Shown: positions 23,868 to 33,251, counted from the first letter of the stretch. The stretch: DNA of 64,000 bases from Candidatus Saccharibacteria bacterium UBA5150 (GCA_002413795.1 DHXS01000009.1:7820-71819); one strand, 5' to 3'. Program-made: numbers and translations. The notes: generated by a model from the letters alone, not told the origin.

Positions 23868-24058
23868 GTTAAACGAGGAAGTTTTGTTATTCGTAAAAGT
23901 AGTGCCCTAGACACATTTCATTTGTTCTACGAAGAGTTAATCTCTTCCAAACCGATCAACAATCGGATTCGCCGCCTCCGCTCCGCCTCTAAATAAGAGG
24001 CAAAAGCCGGCCCCGGACCGCGATCCACCCCGAGAAGCCAAGCTTTCTCGGGCTTTTT
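23868..24058 (+). ncRNA. Candidate ~190-nt structured RNA or attenuator leader upstream of nrdR (class unknown)
   Basis: It is bounded by the promoter above and the terminator at 24029-24058. It contains no ATG. Perfect hairpins occur at 23931-23947, 23952-23966 and 23985-24001. Confidence 0.35.
24029..24058 (+). terminator. Intrinsic terminator
   Basis: CCCGAGAA..TTCTCGGG stem followed by CTTTTT. Confidence 0.6.
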
Positions 24059-24142
24059 ATTTGGGTTGGAGGATCATCTTTTCCACGTTTGGAGGCTTAT
24101 TATCCACTGGCCTTTTAAACAGCTGTATGTCAATATGTTGTC

Positions 24143-24544
24143 ATGGTTTGTACATACTGTGGGGGTGAAACCAAGGTTACCAACTCCCGTCATCAGAAGA
24201 AAAGCAACCAGGTTTGGCGGCGGCGTCAGTGCCTAGCCTGCGGAGCTACCTTTAGCACCTCGGAGGCGGTTGACTACGAACTGGCCTGGCTGGTTAGCAA
24301 AGGCGGTAAGGCTCTGAGGCCCTTTTCGCGCGATAAACTGTTCCTTAGCCTCTATGACAGCTGTGCGCACCGTAAAACGGCCCTGAGCGACGCCAGGGGC
24401 CTTACAGAGACCGTTATTAGCAAGCTGACGGGTTATTTATCCAACGGCACCCTCCAAGCAGGCGATATTGCCCGGGCGGCTCAGGTGGCCCTAAACCGTT
24501 TCGACAAAGCGGCCAGCGTCCACTACCGGGCCCGGCACCCCTAA
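24143..24544 (+). CDS. nrdR: NrdR-like transcriptional repressor (zinc ribbon plus ATP-cone)
   Basis: CTYCGGETKVTNSR...RRRQCLACGATFST is the NrdR zinc ribbon, followed by PFSRDKLFLSL. At 133 aa it is somewhat short. Confidence 0.75.
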   Translation: MVCTYCGGETKVTNSRHQKKSNQVWRRRQCLACGATFSTSEAVDYELAWLVSKGGKALRPFSRDKLFLSLYDSCAHRKTALSDARGLTETVISKLTGYLSNGTLQAGDIARAAQVALNRFDKAASVHYRARHP

Positions 24545-24550
24545 GTAAAG

Positions 24551-26182
24551 CTACTTGCCGGGGTCGGCCTGGGTAGTAATTGTTTTGCCGCCGGTGGTGC
24601 GGACGGCCTTTTCGGTAACATCAAAGCGGCTGAGGTAGCGCTTGAACATCAGACGGCTTTGCGAGTTCAGGGCCGCCAGTGAGCCGAAGGCAATACTGGT
24701 TACCGGCAGGAAGATCCACTGGGTCAGCATAAAGATGGAACGGTGCCGCTTGTGGCGGGCCGGCCGCGGCGGCAGGGTTACCAGGCAGACATACAGCGAC
24801 ACCAGCAGGCCGGCAATGCCGATGCGCTGGACGCGGCTGACCACCAGCGGCAGTTCGTTGGCCGCCAGATTTTGCGGGTGTAACAGGGGCGGAATGAAGG
24901 CCGCGAAGTAAACCAGCAAGGTGCCGGTAGCCCAGGTAACGTGGCCTTCCAGGGTGCGGAAGAACTTAGCCAGCACGTCGGCCTTGGGAGCCTTATTCTT
25001 GTGCCAGAAGCCCTTATCGGCGATGTAGGCAATGTCCGAGGCACCGTAGGTCCAGCGCCTCAGCTGGACGAACTGGGCCTTGATGGTCCGCCAGTAGCCG
25101 TCGGCCAGCACGGCGTCCTGGTAAATCGGGATGCTAAAGGGGTAAACCCGGTAATCGCCGTCGTACTTGAAGTAGCTGCGCCAGAACTGGTGGCCGTCTT
25201 CCACCACTGTTCGGGTGCTCCAAAAGTCCATTTCTATCAGGGCCTGCATGGGCTGGGCGTGGGCCGAAAAGTTGCGCGACAGGTGCGGGCGCTGGGTGTT
25301 GACGATATAGAAAAGATTGTTGCCGGTGGCGATAACCCGCATCATGGTCGGGGCGTCCCAAATGTTGTTGGTGTACATGGCCAGCGGCTGGTAGGAAGCC
25401 CGCAGCGGCTTGGGCACCACGCAGTACAGGTAGCTCAGGGCGGCGAAATAACTTCGGTCGGGGCGGTTGTCGGAGTCCAGGCTGGTGACCAGCACGGTGG
25501 TCGGGTCAATCTTGGCTTTTTTGAGATATTTATGCAGAGCCCGCCCGGCGCAGGTTATATTGGAGCCCTTGCCTACAATCTCGCCCGGCACGTCGGCGGG
25601 GTGCTTAACGGCCATGGCGTGGCCGAACTCCCCCTTATATAATTCCAGCAGTTCCAGCACCCGCTCTTCGGTACCCTTGCCGGCCCGACCTTCGTAGGCC
25701 AGCACCAGGATCATCCTTTTGGGATCATAGTCGGCGCCCAGAATGGCCTGGATAGTCGGCTCCAGCACTTCGCGGCTCTCGTTAACGGTAGCCACAATAA
25801 CGGCATGGGTCAGCTTGCCAGGCGTGAATTGGTGCTCGCGCAAGTGCAGCCGCGACAGGTTTTTATAGTGCCACTTGGGCCGTTCGATCTTTTTACCGAC
25901 CGGTTTGCCAGCCTCCAGGTCGGCGCCCAGACTGTTCCAGTCCAGCTTCATGTGGTGCTTCATGGTGCGGTAGCCGGCAATGGCCCGGCTGGAGTAAGCC
26001 AGCGACCGGACAAAGAAAATTAACAGATAGAAAAGCACGAAAAAAACCGCCGCCTTGACGCTGATAAAAGTTAGGATCAGCGGTAAAAGTATCAGGCCAT
26101 AGCTGAGCGCGCCGGGCAGAATTTCAAAAAAACGATAGTGACCCTTGCGGTCTTTTTCGAAAGGAATCTCCAGATCCGTCAT
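24551..26182 (-). CDS. Membrane GT2 processive glycosyltransferase (cellulose/chitin-synthase-like)
   Basis: SLDSDN and the QLRRW (QxxRW) motif are present, flanked by TM helices. 543 aa. Confidence 0.8.
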   Translation of the reverse strand: MTDLEIPFEKDRKGHYRFFEILPGALSYGLILLPLILTFISVKAAVFFVLFYLLIFFVRSLAYSSRAIAGYRTMKHHMKLDWNSLGADLEAGKPVGKKIERPKWHYKNLSRLHLREHQFTPGKLTHAVIVATVNESREVLEPTIQAILGADYDPKRMILVLAYEGRAGKGTEERVLELLELYKGEFGHAMAVKHPADVPGEIVGKGSNITCAGRALHKYLKKAKIDPTTVLVTSLDSDNRPDRSYFAALSYLYCVVPKPLRASYQPLAMYTNNIWDAPTMMRVIATGNNLFYIVNTQRPHLSRNFSAHAQPMQALIEMDFWSTRTVVEDGHQFWRSYFKYDGDYRVYPFSIPIYQDAVLADGYWRTIKAQFVQLRRWTYGASDIAYIADKGFWHKNKAPKADVLAKFFRTLEGHVTWATGTLLVYFAAFIPPLLHPQNLAANELPLVVSRVQRIGIAGLLVSLYVCLVTLPPRPARHKRHRSIFMLTQWIFLPVTSIAFGSLAALNSQSRLMFKRYLSRFDVTEKAVRTTGGKTITTQADPGK

Positions 26183-26185
26183 GGC

Positions 26186-26551
26186 CTAGCGCAATACGAG
26201 CAACGAGTTAGCAACAATGATGCTCAGCACCAGCAACAAAGTACCGAGGCTCAGTATGGCAATCGTAACCTGCCGGTGAATACGATAGGTGCGGAAGCTG
26301 AGCATGACGTGAGTGGCCAGAACCAGCAGCATAAAGGCCACGAAGCTCAACAGGTTGACCACGCCGCCGTTGGTAAACTTGTTGACGGCATCGGTGTTGG
26401 AACAGTCACGGCATTGCACGATATAAGTACTGCTATGGCCGCTGCTCAAGCTGGCCAGCACGAAAATGCTGCCGGCAATGGCCAGGAAGGCGTTAATGCT
26501 GAGCAGTAAAAGCACCAGGTGATCGTGAAAATACTTCTTTGAGGCGGCCAT
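26186..26551 (-). CDS. Small membrane protein
   Basis: 121 aa with 3-4 hydrophobic helices. It lies 3 nt upstream of the GT2 gene. Confidence 0.55.
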   Translation of the reverse strand: MAASKKYFHDHLVLLLLSINAFLAIAGSIFVLASLSSGHSSTYIVQCRDCSNTDAVNKFTNGGVVNLLSFVAFMLLVLATHVMLSFRTYRIHRQVTIAILSLGTLLLVLSIIVANSLLVLR

Positions 26552-26575
26552 AAGTTAGGGTAATTGTACCATTCC

Positions 26576-26650
26576 TGGTGCGGGTAGAGAGAATCGAACT
26601 CTCCTCTTAACCTTGGGAAGGTTACATATTAGCCACTATACGATACCCGC
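26576..26650 (-). tRNA. tRNA-Gly (anticodon CCC), CCA encoded
   Basis: Reverse complement GCGGGTA..TAACC-TTCCCAA-GGTTA..TTCGATT..TACCCGCACCA. 75 nt. Confidence 0.9.
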
Positions 26651-26651
26651 C

Positions 26652-26728
26652 TGGAGCCACCTAACGGATTCGAACCGTTGACCTCCGCTTTACGAAAGCG
26701 GCGCTCTAGCCAACTGAGCTAAGGTGGC
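26652..26728 (-). tRNA. tRNA-Thr (anticodon CGT), CCA encoded
   Basis: Reverse complement GCCACCT..CCGCT-TTCGTAA-AGCGG..TTCGAAT..AGGTGGCTCCA. 77 nt. Confidence 0.9.
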
Positions 26729-26760
26729 CCATGGCAAACCACCGAAGTATTATAGCAGTC

Positions 26761-27303
26761 CTAGTTGGCCATCATGGAGATCAGGGTCTGGCTGAAAGCC
26801 GGTACGTCGTCGGGCTTGCGGCTGGTAATAATGTTGCCGTCGACTACCACTTCTTCGTCGACCCACTCGGCACCGGCATCGCGCAGGTCATCCTGAATCG
26901 TAAAGAAACTCGTCAGTCGGCGGCTTTTGGCCAGACCGGCGCTGACCAGCACCCACGGCGCGTGGCAGATCATGGCCAGCGGTTTCTTCTGGGAAGTCAT
27001 ACTTCGTACCCATTGCCGGGCTTTATATTCCATGCGTAACTGGTCGACGTTGATGGCGCCGCCGGGCAGGACCAGCGCGTCATAATCGTCTATATCGGCT
27101 TCTTCCAGCGTTTTATCTATCGGGAACCGCCGGCTTTTATCTATATGGTTCATGGACTGGACCTGCCCGTCCTTCGGCCCGGAAGCAATCACTTCGACAG
27201 TGGCGCCGACTTCTCTCAGAGCATCGATCGGCCCCGTAAATTCGGCCTCCTCAAAATAATTATCTACCAGCACGGCCACTTTCTTGCCCGTTAAATCAGC
27301 CAA
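26761..27303 (-). CDS. DJ-1/PfpI family protein
   Basis: The nucleophile-elbow motif AMICHAPWVL and the PfpI layout are present. 180 aa. Confidence 0.85.
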   Translation of the reverse strand: MADLTGKKVAVLVDNYFEEAEFTGPIDALREVGATVEVIASGPKDGQVQSMNHIDKSRRFPIDKTLEEADIDDYDALVLPGGAINVDQLRMEYKARQWVRSMTSQKKPLAMICHAPWVLVSAGLAKSRRLTSFFTIQDDLRDAGAEWVDEEVVVDGNIITSRKPDDVPAFSQTLISMMAN

Positions 27304-27368
27304 TTTTCATCCCTTCGCTTATTTAACCTCAGCATGACGCACCGGCTTCCCCGCCGTCAGTAAGATAT

Positions 27369-28583
27369 TTAGCTCTGGGCGGCGGCAACAAGCTGCCTCA
27401 TTTGAGGGATGGTCAGCGCCCGCTTGTGGAATTCGTCTAGGCCTTGCTTGCGCTTCTCGGGATCGCTGACCTTGAAAAGAGGAGCCATGAGCTCGTAAGA
27501 GAATTGGTAGGTGGGTATAACTGCCCGGGCTTCTGGCAGATCGCGACTTTGTAGAATAATGGTTCTAATGCGCTCCGGTTCTTCTCGCAATAGAAGGTCT
27601 TGAGCCTCTTTAATAACCTGCTTTTCAGGCACGCCGCTGTTAATATCAATGGTTGCGTTATGGATTACCGCTGTGAATGTCTTCGCTGAAGTACGCTCCA
27701 GCTCAAAATTATTTCTCTCTTCCTCGCTTTGAGCCAGATCGGGCAGTTTATCTTCACTCGGGCCGGCTCCCCCCTCCAGTTGCACGGTTTCAGGCGATGC
27801 CATGCCGGTCAGATTAGCAGCCGGGCTCATCCTGCGACTTGCCACTGATTCTGCCCGTTCGTCGAAGTGGTCGTAGTGTTCGCCTTCATGTAAGCACCAT
27901 TGCAAAATTCTTGCCCGTGTATAGCGCCGCGAGGGATTAATGTTGGCAGTTACCTGCATATTGCCATAGTTGTCGCTGAATATATAACCAGACCAGAACA
28001 CTTTAGGAAGATTAACAGGTTTAATATCAATGTGTGGGGTTATAAGCCGAGAATGGGGCCGCAGGGCGGTTCTTGCCAAGGGCATTGCCAGCTTAAAAGC
28101 CTCTTTAATCTTCGCGGGATCCGTCAGCAGATGCTCTTCATGGTATTTCTTTACGCCCTCTTCGTCATAGCGAAGGCCAAACAACCCGAAGCGGTTATCG
28201 AGGGTGGTTAACAAAAGATCGATTTCTTTGCCGGGTACTTTTTCCGGAATGAACCCGGCGGTTGCCAGCATATATTCATCATATGGAACATTTACTCCCT
28301 GTAGCTCCAGGCTTAGAATGCTATCGGCTATCAATTGCTGTTCTATAACATCGTGGTCTGGTTCGTCAGCCGGCAGCCTTTCTTTTAGGGAATGGTACTT
28401 GCGGTCAATCTCGAGGAAACTGGAAAATTCGGTCGGGCGGAACATGCCCGAGCGGTTAATATCAACTACCAGCTGCCCGTTATGTATGTTAGGGTTAGCC
28501 TCTCGATTTTCAAGCACATACTCGTCGAAACCCTGGCGAGCACCTATAACTTCGTGCGAAAACGGTGTTCCTCTCTGTTGCAT
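27369..28583 (-). CDS. Hypothetical protein with an HExxH motif (putative zinc metallopeptidase)
   Basis: CLHEGEHY is present. The track start GTG 28601 lies inside the extended -10 element TGTTATATT (28592-28600), so ATG 28583 is preferred. Confidence 0.55.
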   Translation of the reverse strand: MQQRGTPFSHEVIGARQGFDEYVLENREANPNIHNGQLVVDINRSGMFRPTEFSSFLEIDRKYHSLKERLPADEPDHDVIEQQLIADSILSLELQGVNVPYDEYMLATAGFIPEKVPGKEIDLLLTTLDNRFGLFGLRYDEEGVKKYHEEHLLTDPAKIKEAFKLAMPLARTALRPHSRLITPHIDIKPVNLPKVFWSGYIFSDNYGNMQVTANINPSRRYTRARILQWCLHEGEHYDHFDERAESVASRRMSPAANLTGMASPETVQLEGGAGPSEDKLPDLAQSEEERNNFELERTSAKTFTAVIHNATIDINSGVPEKQVIKEAQDLLLREEPERIRTIILQSRDLPEARAVIPTYQFSYELMAPLFKVSDPEKRKQGLDEFHKRALTIPQMRQLVAAAQS

Positions 28584-28670
28584 AGAAGCACAATATAACA
28601 CAAAGCCGCTGTTTTGTCTATGGTGAGCCGGGGAGGCGTATAATAATTGGTATTAACCTAGGAGGATCGT

Positions 28671-28856
28671 ATGGCAGAACCGGAAAACAATTCACCAGCA
28701 CCCCAAAAACCCGAAAAAGGCTACGGCAAGCGCCCGGTCTGGCAATGGGTAGTCATTTACCTGATCGTGGCCATAATCGTCTACGGGCTTATTTACCTGC
28801 TCTTCATCCGCAAAACCGGCGGTAGTTCGGGCTCCGGCTCCGGCGGCCTCTACTAA
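28671..28856 (+). CDS. Small single-pass membrane protein
   Basis: 61 aa. AGGAGG lies upstream. One TM helix, then a Gly/Ser tail. Confidence 0.5.
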   Translation: MAEPENNSPAPQKPEKGYGKRPVWQWVVIYLIVAIIVYGLIYLLFIRKTGGSSGSGSGGLY

Positions 28857-28871
28857 ATCTGAAGCTCGCTT

Positions 28872-29243
28872 CTAGCTGTGCTCGGAACGAGACCTTTTGA
28901 TAAGCTGGCGGCCCCAATTACGTGCCTGAGCCGGCTGAGGTACTTTTTTAGGTTGCTTCTCACGGACTGAAACTTCCGTACCGATCTGCTGGAAAGCAAC
29001 TTTAATCTTACGCGTCTCGCTGTCTAATCTAGGTCCGTCGATATGCTCGTAGCCGTAGGTTATGGTTCCGCCGTTTTTATCCTCACGGTCACCCACTTGA
29101 CTGACACCATCCAGATCTTTAACTACCGTTTGAGCTTCCTCATATGACATGGGGTTTAGTTCTATAGAGCCGTGGCCTTTACCGCCAAGATGGGTTTCTA
29201 TTGTTAGTTTTGGTTGTATTTCTGATTCTGACATGAGGGGCAT
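28872..29243 (-). CDS. Hypothetical protein
   Basis: 123-aa ORF with no motif recognised. Confidence 0.45.
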   Translation of the reverse strand: MPLMSESEIQPKLTIETHLGGKGHGSIELNPMSYEEAQTVVKDLDGVSQVGDREDKNGGTITYGYEHIDGPRLDSETRKIKVAFQQIGTEVSVREKQPKKVPQPAQARNWGRQLIKRSRSEHS

Positions 29244-29424
29244 ATTCAGTATTGTTAATTAAGGTTAAGTATACACTTATGGACGGCATGTGTCAAGTAT
29301 TAACGGGTCATGCCCAGCGAGATATTGGGCCGGTTTAGCCAAATTTGTGAAGATTATTACTGCTGAGCGCGTCGGTCAGCAGTACTGTTAGTATTCCATT
29401 ATTAACATTAATCAGGGGGTGCCT

Positions 29425-29787
29425 ATGCCTGTAAGATTTGAAAGCTTGTTTGCAAGCGAATTAGTTAGAGAAAGCGCCGGAAGAATGCAACCTCCTGTCA
29501 TGCAACCTGAGGATGTAGTCGAGTAGCGCGATGGCCAGGAACGCCGAGCCAAGTCACGTAGAGGAATAGACATAGTCTTTGGGCAGTTTGGGCTGCATCC
29601 GGAGGGCGATGAAGCAGAAAAACGGCGACAGATAGATCTTTTTCTAGTTCTAGGCTCTACTGGCCTTGGCGTCATGCTGCCGGAAGAGGAAGAAAACCGC
29701 TTAGGTCAGGTTGACCGGCGGGCTACGCCAGACCGCAGAGGCGACGACCTGCCCCCTGAGTATGCCGGCATGGTCCCGCTTCTTTAA
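29425..29787 (+). pseudogene. Reading frame of ~120 codons interrupted by one in-frame TAG (29524-29526)
   Basis: AGGGGG lies 5 nt before ATG 29425. The frame stays open after the TAG until TAA 29785-29787. Codons were checked by hand. Confidence 0.3.
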
Positions 29788-29798
29788 TAATTTCATCT

Positions 29799-29875
29799 TG
29801 GCGGGCCCGACCGGATTCGAACCGGCGATCTCCTCCGTGACAGGGAGGCGTGATAGGCCTCTTCACTACGAGCCC
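29799..29875 (-). tRNA. tRNA-Asp (anticodon GTC), CCA encoded
   Basis: Reverse complement GGGCTCG..CCTCC-CTGTCAC-GGAGG..TTCGAAT..CGGGCCCGCCA. 77 nt. Confidence 0.9.
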
Positions 29876-29928
29876 ATACCTATAACAGGGGTAATCATAG
29901 CAAGTTTAAGGTTAAAGAGCAACCGAGG

Positions 29929-31083
29929 CTAGACTGTGATGTAGCGGTGAACGGGGTGTTTGGCCTGGAACGGCGCCACGTATTCGGTGATGGGCTTCAG
30001 GTTGAACTGGATGTGGGCGGCGTGGACGCTGTTGCCGGTGGCATCGATAACTTTGACGATATCCAGGCTGTAGCCGGTGTTGACTACCCCGGAGACTTGG
30101 CCGGGCTTGAGTTTGAAAATGGCGGCTGTCAGGTCGGGCGGAATTTCGCGGGTGCTGGGCGTTATAGGAGCCGGGTATTGCCCGCCGTTGGCTTTGGTAG
30201 CCGGGTCGTCCGATAATTGGGTGGCCAGAGCCGCGAAATCGGCGCCGGCTTTGACCTGGGCCAGGGCTGATTGGGCCCGCTTTTGGGCGGCCGTGTCGAG
30301 CTTGGCGGCGACGGCCTGCTGCAGCATCTGCTGTTTGAGCTCGCGCCGGAAATCGGCTTCGCTCCAGCCCCAGAATTCGCTCAGCACCTCTTTAAAAACG
30401 CGGTCATTATTGCCTAGCCGGTTTTGGCCGCGTACCAGTTTTACCTCGTCGCCGACGGCCCGGTCGCCAACGCTTACCTGATTTTTGGTAGCCAGCTGTT
30501 TAACGTAAGCGTCCTGGATAACCTGGGCCATGGCCTGTTGTTTAAGGCGTTTTAGTTGTTCCCTGCCGTCTTTGGTTCCAAAATCGGTTTGCTGCTGGGT
30601 GTGGTAGTAGTGCATGTTGCGGCGCAGTTCAAACAGATAAGCCTCGTAACGTATCCAGCCGCCGTCGGTTTTGGCGACCGGGAACGGCACGATGCGCGTT
30701 ACGTCGTAGGCAAAGGTCGAGGTGCTCTGGAATTTATACAGCGCCAGCCCGGTGACGGCGAAAAAGCCCAGGATCACCAGCAGTAGTAATAGCAGTGAAA
30801 TGCGCACCACGCTGTGCTTGGAGTGCTGGAGGGGATAAATATATTTGCGGGCGCTGGACAGCACTTCTTCGCGGTGTTCGCCGACGGTTTCATTGGTGAT
30901 CCGCGGCACCGTGCTTAGAGCCTCGGCCATCTTTTCTTCGGTCGGTTTGGCGCGCTCAAAAGGCCGCTGGACGGCCTTATGCAGTTTAAGCTTCTTGAGT
31001 TTCTTGGGCTTGGGTATCTTCATTGTCCTTGCTTTGGTTCCTGGCTGAGCCGGCCGGATACTGATTGGTAGTGATTTCTTCAT
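29929..31083 (-). CDS. Membrane-anchored parvulin-type peptidyl-prolyl isomerase (PrsA/SurA-like)
   Basis: One TM helix; FAALATQLSDDPATKANGGQY..GQVSGVVNTGYSLDIVKV matches a PpiC domain. The start is uncertain (31083, 31023 or 30927). Confidence 0.7.
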   Translation of the reverse strand: MKKSLPISIRPAQPGTKARTMKIPKPKKLKKLKLHKAVQRPFERAKPTEEKMAEALSTVPRITNETVGEHREEVLSSARKYIYPLQHSKHSVVRISLLLLLLVILGFFAVTGLALYKFQSTSTFAYDVTRIVPFPVAKTDGGWIRYEAYLFELRRNMHYYHTQQQTDFGTKDGREQLKRLKQQAMAQVIQDAYVKQLATKNQVSVGDRAVGDEVKLVRGQNRLGNNDRVFKEVLSEFWGWSEADFRRELKQQMLQQAVAAKLDTAAQKRAQSALAQVKAGADFAALATQLSDDPATKANGGQYPAPITPSTREIPPDLTAAIFKLKPGQVSGVVNTGYSLDIVKVIDATGNSVHAAHIQFNLKPITEYVAPFQAKHPVHRYITV

Positions 31084-31579
31084 CGCGCAGAATGCCGAGG
31101 ATTCTCTTCTGGATCTGCGCCGGATGGTGCAGGTCGTGAAGGATCAGGTCTCCCACGTAGGTCTGCATCTTTATTGTACCAAATCCCAGCAGTGTTTCCT
31201 GTAGGCCGGCGACTTCATAATTAATGGCCTGAATCTGGGCCAGCCCTATGTCGGCCACCGCCCGGTGGAATAATCGCTTTTGGGTAATTTGGATGAAGCG
31301 CTGGTCGGTAACGATAAAGACGCTGAAGTACCAGCTGATCCAGCTGGGCAATAGCACCAGGGCGCCGAGCACGAAGCCGGCCGCCAGGCCGCCGAAGAAA
31401 ACGCCAAAGCCCAGGTCTGGCTTGACGGCCGCCGGCAGGACGCCTAACAGAGGTCCAAGCATGGCCAGAATCAGGCCGTTGCGCATAACTATCGGGTGGC
31501 GTCGGAACACGAACAGCACATTTTCGTCGTCGAGCTGGTCTTCAAAATATTTATCGGCTTTTTGTTTAGCTTCCGCCAT
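30986..31579 (-). CDS. Membrane bPH (YdbS/YdbT-like, DUF304) domain protein
   Basis: DENVLFVFRRHPIV followed by two TM helices and a PH-like region. Confidence 0.65.
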   Translation of the reverse strand: MAEAKQKADKYFEDQLDDENVLFVFRRHPIVMRNGLILAMLGPLLGVLPAAVKPDLGFGVFFGGLAAGFVLGALVLLPSWISWYFSVFIVTDQRFIQITQKRLFHRAVADIGLAQIQAINYEVAGLQETLLGFGTIKMQTYVGDLILHDLHHPAQIQKRILGILRDEEITTNQYPAGSARNQSKDNEDTQAQETQEA

Positions 31580-31597
31580 ACGCTCATTTTACCATTG

Positions 31598-31672
31598 TGG
31601 CGCCCCCAGAAGGATTCGAACCTCCAGCTTCTCCTTAGGACGGAGCTATTTTATCCATTGAACTATGGGGGC
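31598..31672 (-). tRNA. tRNA-Arg (anticodon CCT), CCA encoded
   Basis: Reverse complement GCCCCCA..CTCC-GTCCTAA-GGAG..TTCGAAT..TGGGGGCGCCA. 75 nt. Confidence 0.85.
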
Positions 31673-31712
31673 GTAATAAGTATTGTACTTTAACTTCGAT
31701 ATAAAAAATTCA

Positions 31713-31769
31713 CTGCCCATGCATAAAACATACATAAGTAATGCATGATATGTATGTTTTATGGGGCAG
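31713..31769 (-). terminator. Long hairpin terminator downstream of ndk
   Basis: A 15-bp perfect stem (CATAAAACATACATA / TATGTATGTTTTATG) plus an outer CTGCCC/GGGCAG pairing. The minus strand then reads GTGAATTTTTTAT. Confidence 0.55.
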
Positions 31770-31822
31770 TTATGTATGGCTTATGTAGGTAGTCAGGAAT
31801 TTGATGTGCACAAAGCGCTGCT

Positions 31823-32287
31823 TTATGTGCGTTCTGAGTCTTCGTATATATGGACGTATTCGGACTTGTCGTAGCTGAATAATTCTTCTTCTTTGAAGAA
31901 GCTGGCGACCTCGGCTTGGCCGGTGGCGGCCGAGTCGGAAGCGTGTATCAGGTTGCGGCCGGCGCCGATGGCCAGGTCTCCCCTGATAGAACCGGGATCG
32001 GCCTGGCGCGGATTCGTAGCCCCGACCAGGTTGCGGACCGATTCCACGCACTCAAAACCTTCCCAGGCCATCAGCACAACCGGCGAACTCTTCATAAATT
32101 GTTCAAGCCCGGCGTAGAAGTCTTTGTCGACATGCTCGGCGTAGTGACTGCGCAGCATGGCCTCGTCCAGGCTGGCCATTTTCATGCCTACCAGCTTAAG
32201 GCCCTTTTGTTCGAGTCGGGAGATAATTTCGCCGATGAGGCCGCGCTGGACGGCGTCGGGTTTGGCGATAATCAGGGTTCTTTCCAT
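31823..32287 (-). CDS. ndk: Nucleoside-diphosphate kinase
   Basis: MERTLIIAKPDAVQRGLIGEIISR..NLIHASDS. The longer track ORF is an upstream extension. Confidence 0.9.
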   Translation of the reverse strand: MERTLIIAKPDAVQRGLIGEIISRLEQKGLKLVGMKMASLDEAMLRSHYAEHVDKDFYAGLEQFMKSSPVVLMAWEGFECVESVRNLVGATNPRQADPGSIRGDLAIGAGRNLIHASDSAATGQAEVASFFKEEELFSYDKSEYVHIYEDSERT

Positions 32288-32324
32288 TAGCGAAATTATA
32301 ACAGAGACAGGCGCGGCTTCCAAT

Positions 32325-33251
32325 ATGTCGTACAATGTACTTATGCTATTCGCTAAAGCCAAAACCGACTTCCTGGAATATCTGGAAATCGAGCAGAACC
32401 GCTCGCAGAAAACCATCCAGAATTATGACCATTACCTGACCCGGCTGATCGATTTTGCCGGTGATATCAAGGTGAGCGAGATTGACCCGGAGTTGATCCG
32501 CAAGTGGCGGCTGTGGCTGAACCGCCTGGGCACCAACACCTCGGACGAGCTGGGTAAGACAACTCAGAACTACCACCTGATCGCCCTGCGCAGTTTCCTT
32601 AAATATTGTGCGAAGCGCGATATCCCCGCCCTGACGGCCGATAAGATCGAGTTGGCCCGCACCAAACGCAAACAGGTAACTTTCCTGAACGAAGATGAAT
32701 TAGCCCGCATTTTTGAACAGCCGGATACCGCCAGCTTGGCCGGTTTGCGCGACCGGGCCATTCTTGAACTACTATTCAGCTCGGGCCTGCGCGTCAGCGA
32801 GCTGGTCGGGCTGGACCGCGACCATATTAACCTGAAGCGCCGCGAATTCATGGTCCGCGGCAAAGGCCAGAAAGACCGGCCGATCTTCATCAGCGCCCAG
32901 GCGGCCGACTGGATCGAACAATATCTGGGTAGGCGGCAGGACAAGGCGCGGCCTTTGTTTATTCGCTACAGCGGCACCAAGGCGGTTGATACGTCGGGCA
33001 ACTTCCAGCGGCTGACGGCCCGCAGTATCCAGCGGCTGGTAGCCCGCTATGCCCTGCTGGCCGGTATTACCAAGCATGTCAGCCCGCACACCATGCGGCA
33101 CTCCTTTGCTACCGATCTGTTAATGAACGGCGCCGATCTGCGCTCGGTGCAGGCCATGCTGGGCCACAGCAACATCGCTACCACCCAAATTTATACGCAT
33201 GTTACCGACCCGCACCTGCGGGCCATCCACGAAAAGTTTCACCGCAAGTAG
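32325..33251 (+). CDS. Tyrosine recombinase XerC/XerD family
   Basis: FLEYLEIEQNRSQKTIQNY in the N-domain; GLRVSE, HTMRHSFAT and GHSNIATTQIYTH as catalytic residues. An alternative start at ATG 32343 lies 6 nt after TACAAT. Confidence 0.85.
   Translation: MSYNVLMLFAKAKTDFLEYLEIEQNRSQKTIQNYDHYLTRLIDFAGDIKVSEIDPELIRKWRLWLNRLGTNTSDELGKTTQNYHLIALRSFLKYCAKRDIPALTADKIELARTKRKQVTFLNEDELARIFEQPDTASLAGLRDRAILELLFSSGLRVSELVGLDRDHINLKRREFMVRGKGQKDRPIFISAQAADWIEQYLGRRQDKARPLFIRYSGTKAVDTSGNFQRLTARSIQRLVARYALLAGITKHVSPHTMRHSFATDLLMNGADLRSVQAMLGHSNIATTQIYTHVTDPHLRAIHEKFHRK

Noticed and set aside
24941-25642. Long antisense ORFs inside GC-rich genes. This 233-aa ORF is one example. Others are 33708-34187, 41248-41811, 44400-44879, 46929-47426, 55675-56139 and 61801-62259.
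   Set aside because: Each lies fully within a motif-supported gene on the other strand. They lack RBS or promoter signals and show Arg/Gly/Ala-rich shadow-frame composition.
29412-29675. An 87-aa minus-strand ORF.
   Set aside because: It has no RBS and is antisense to the longer RBS-preceded interrupted frame at 29425-29787. Its composition looks like a shadow frame.
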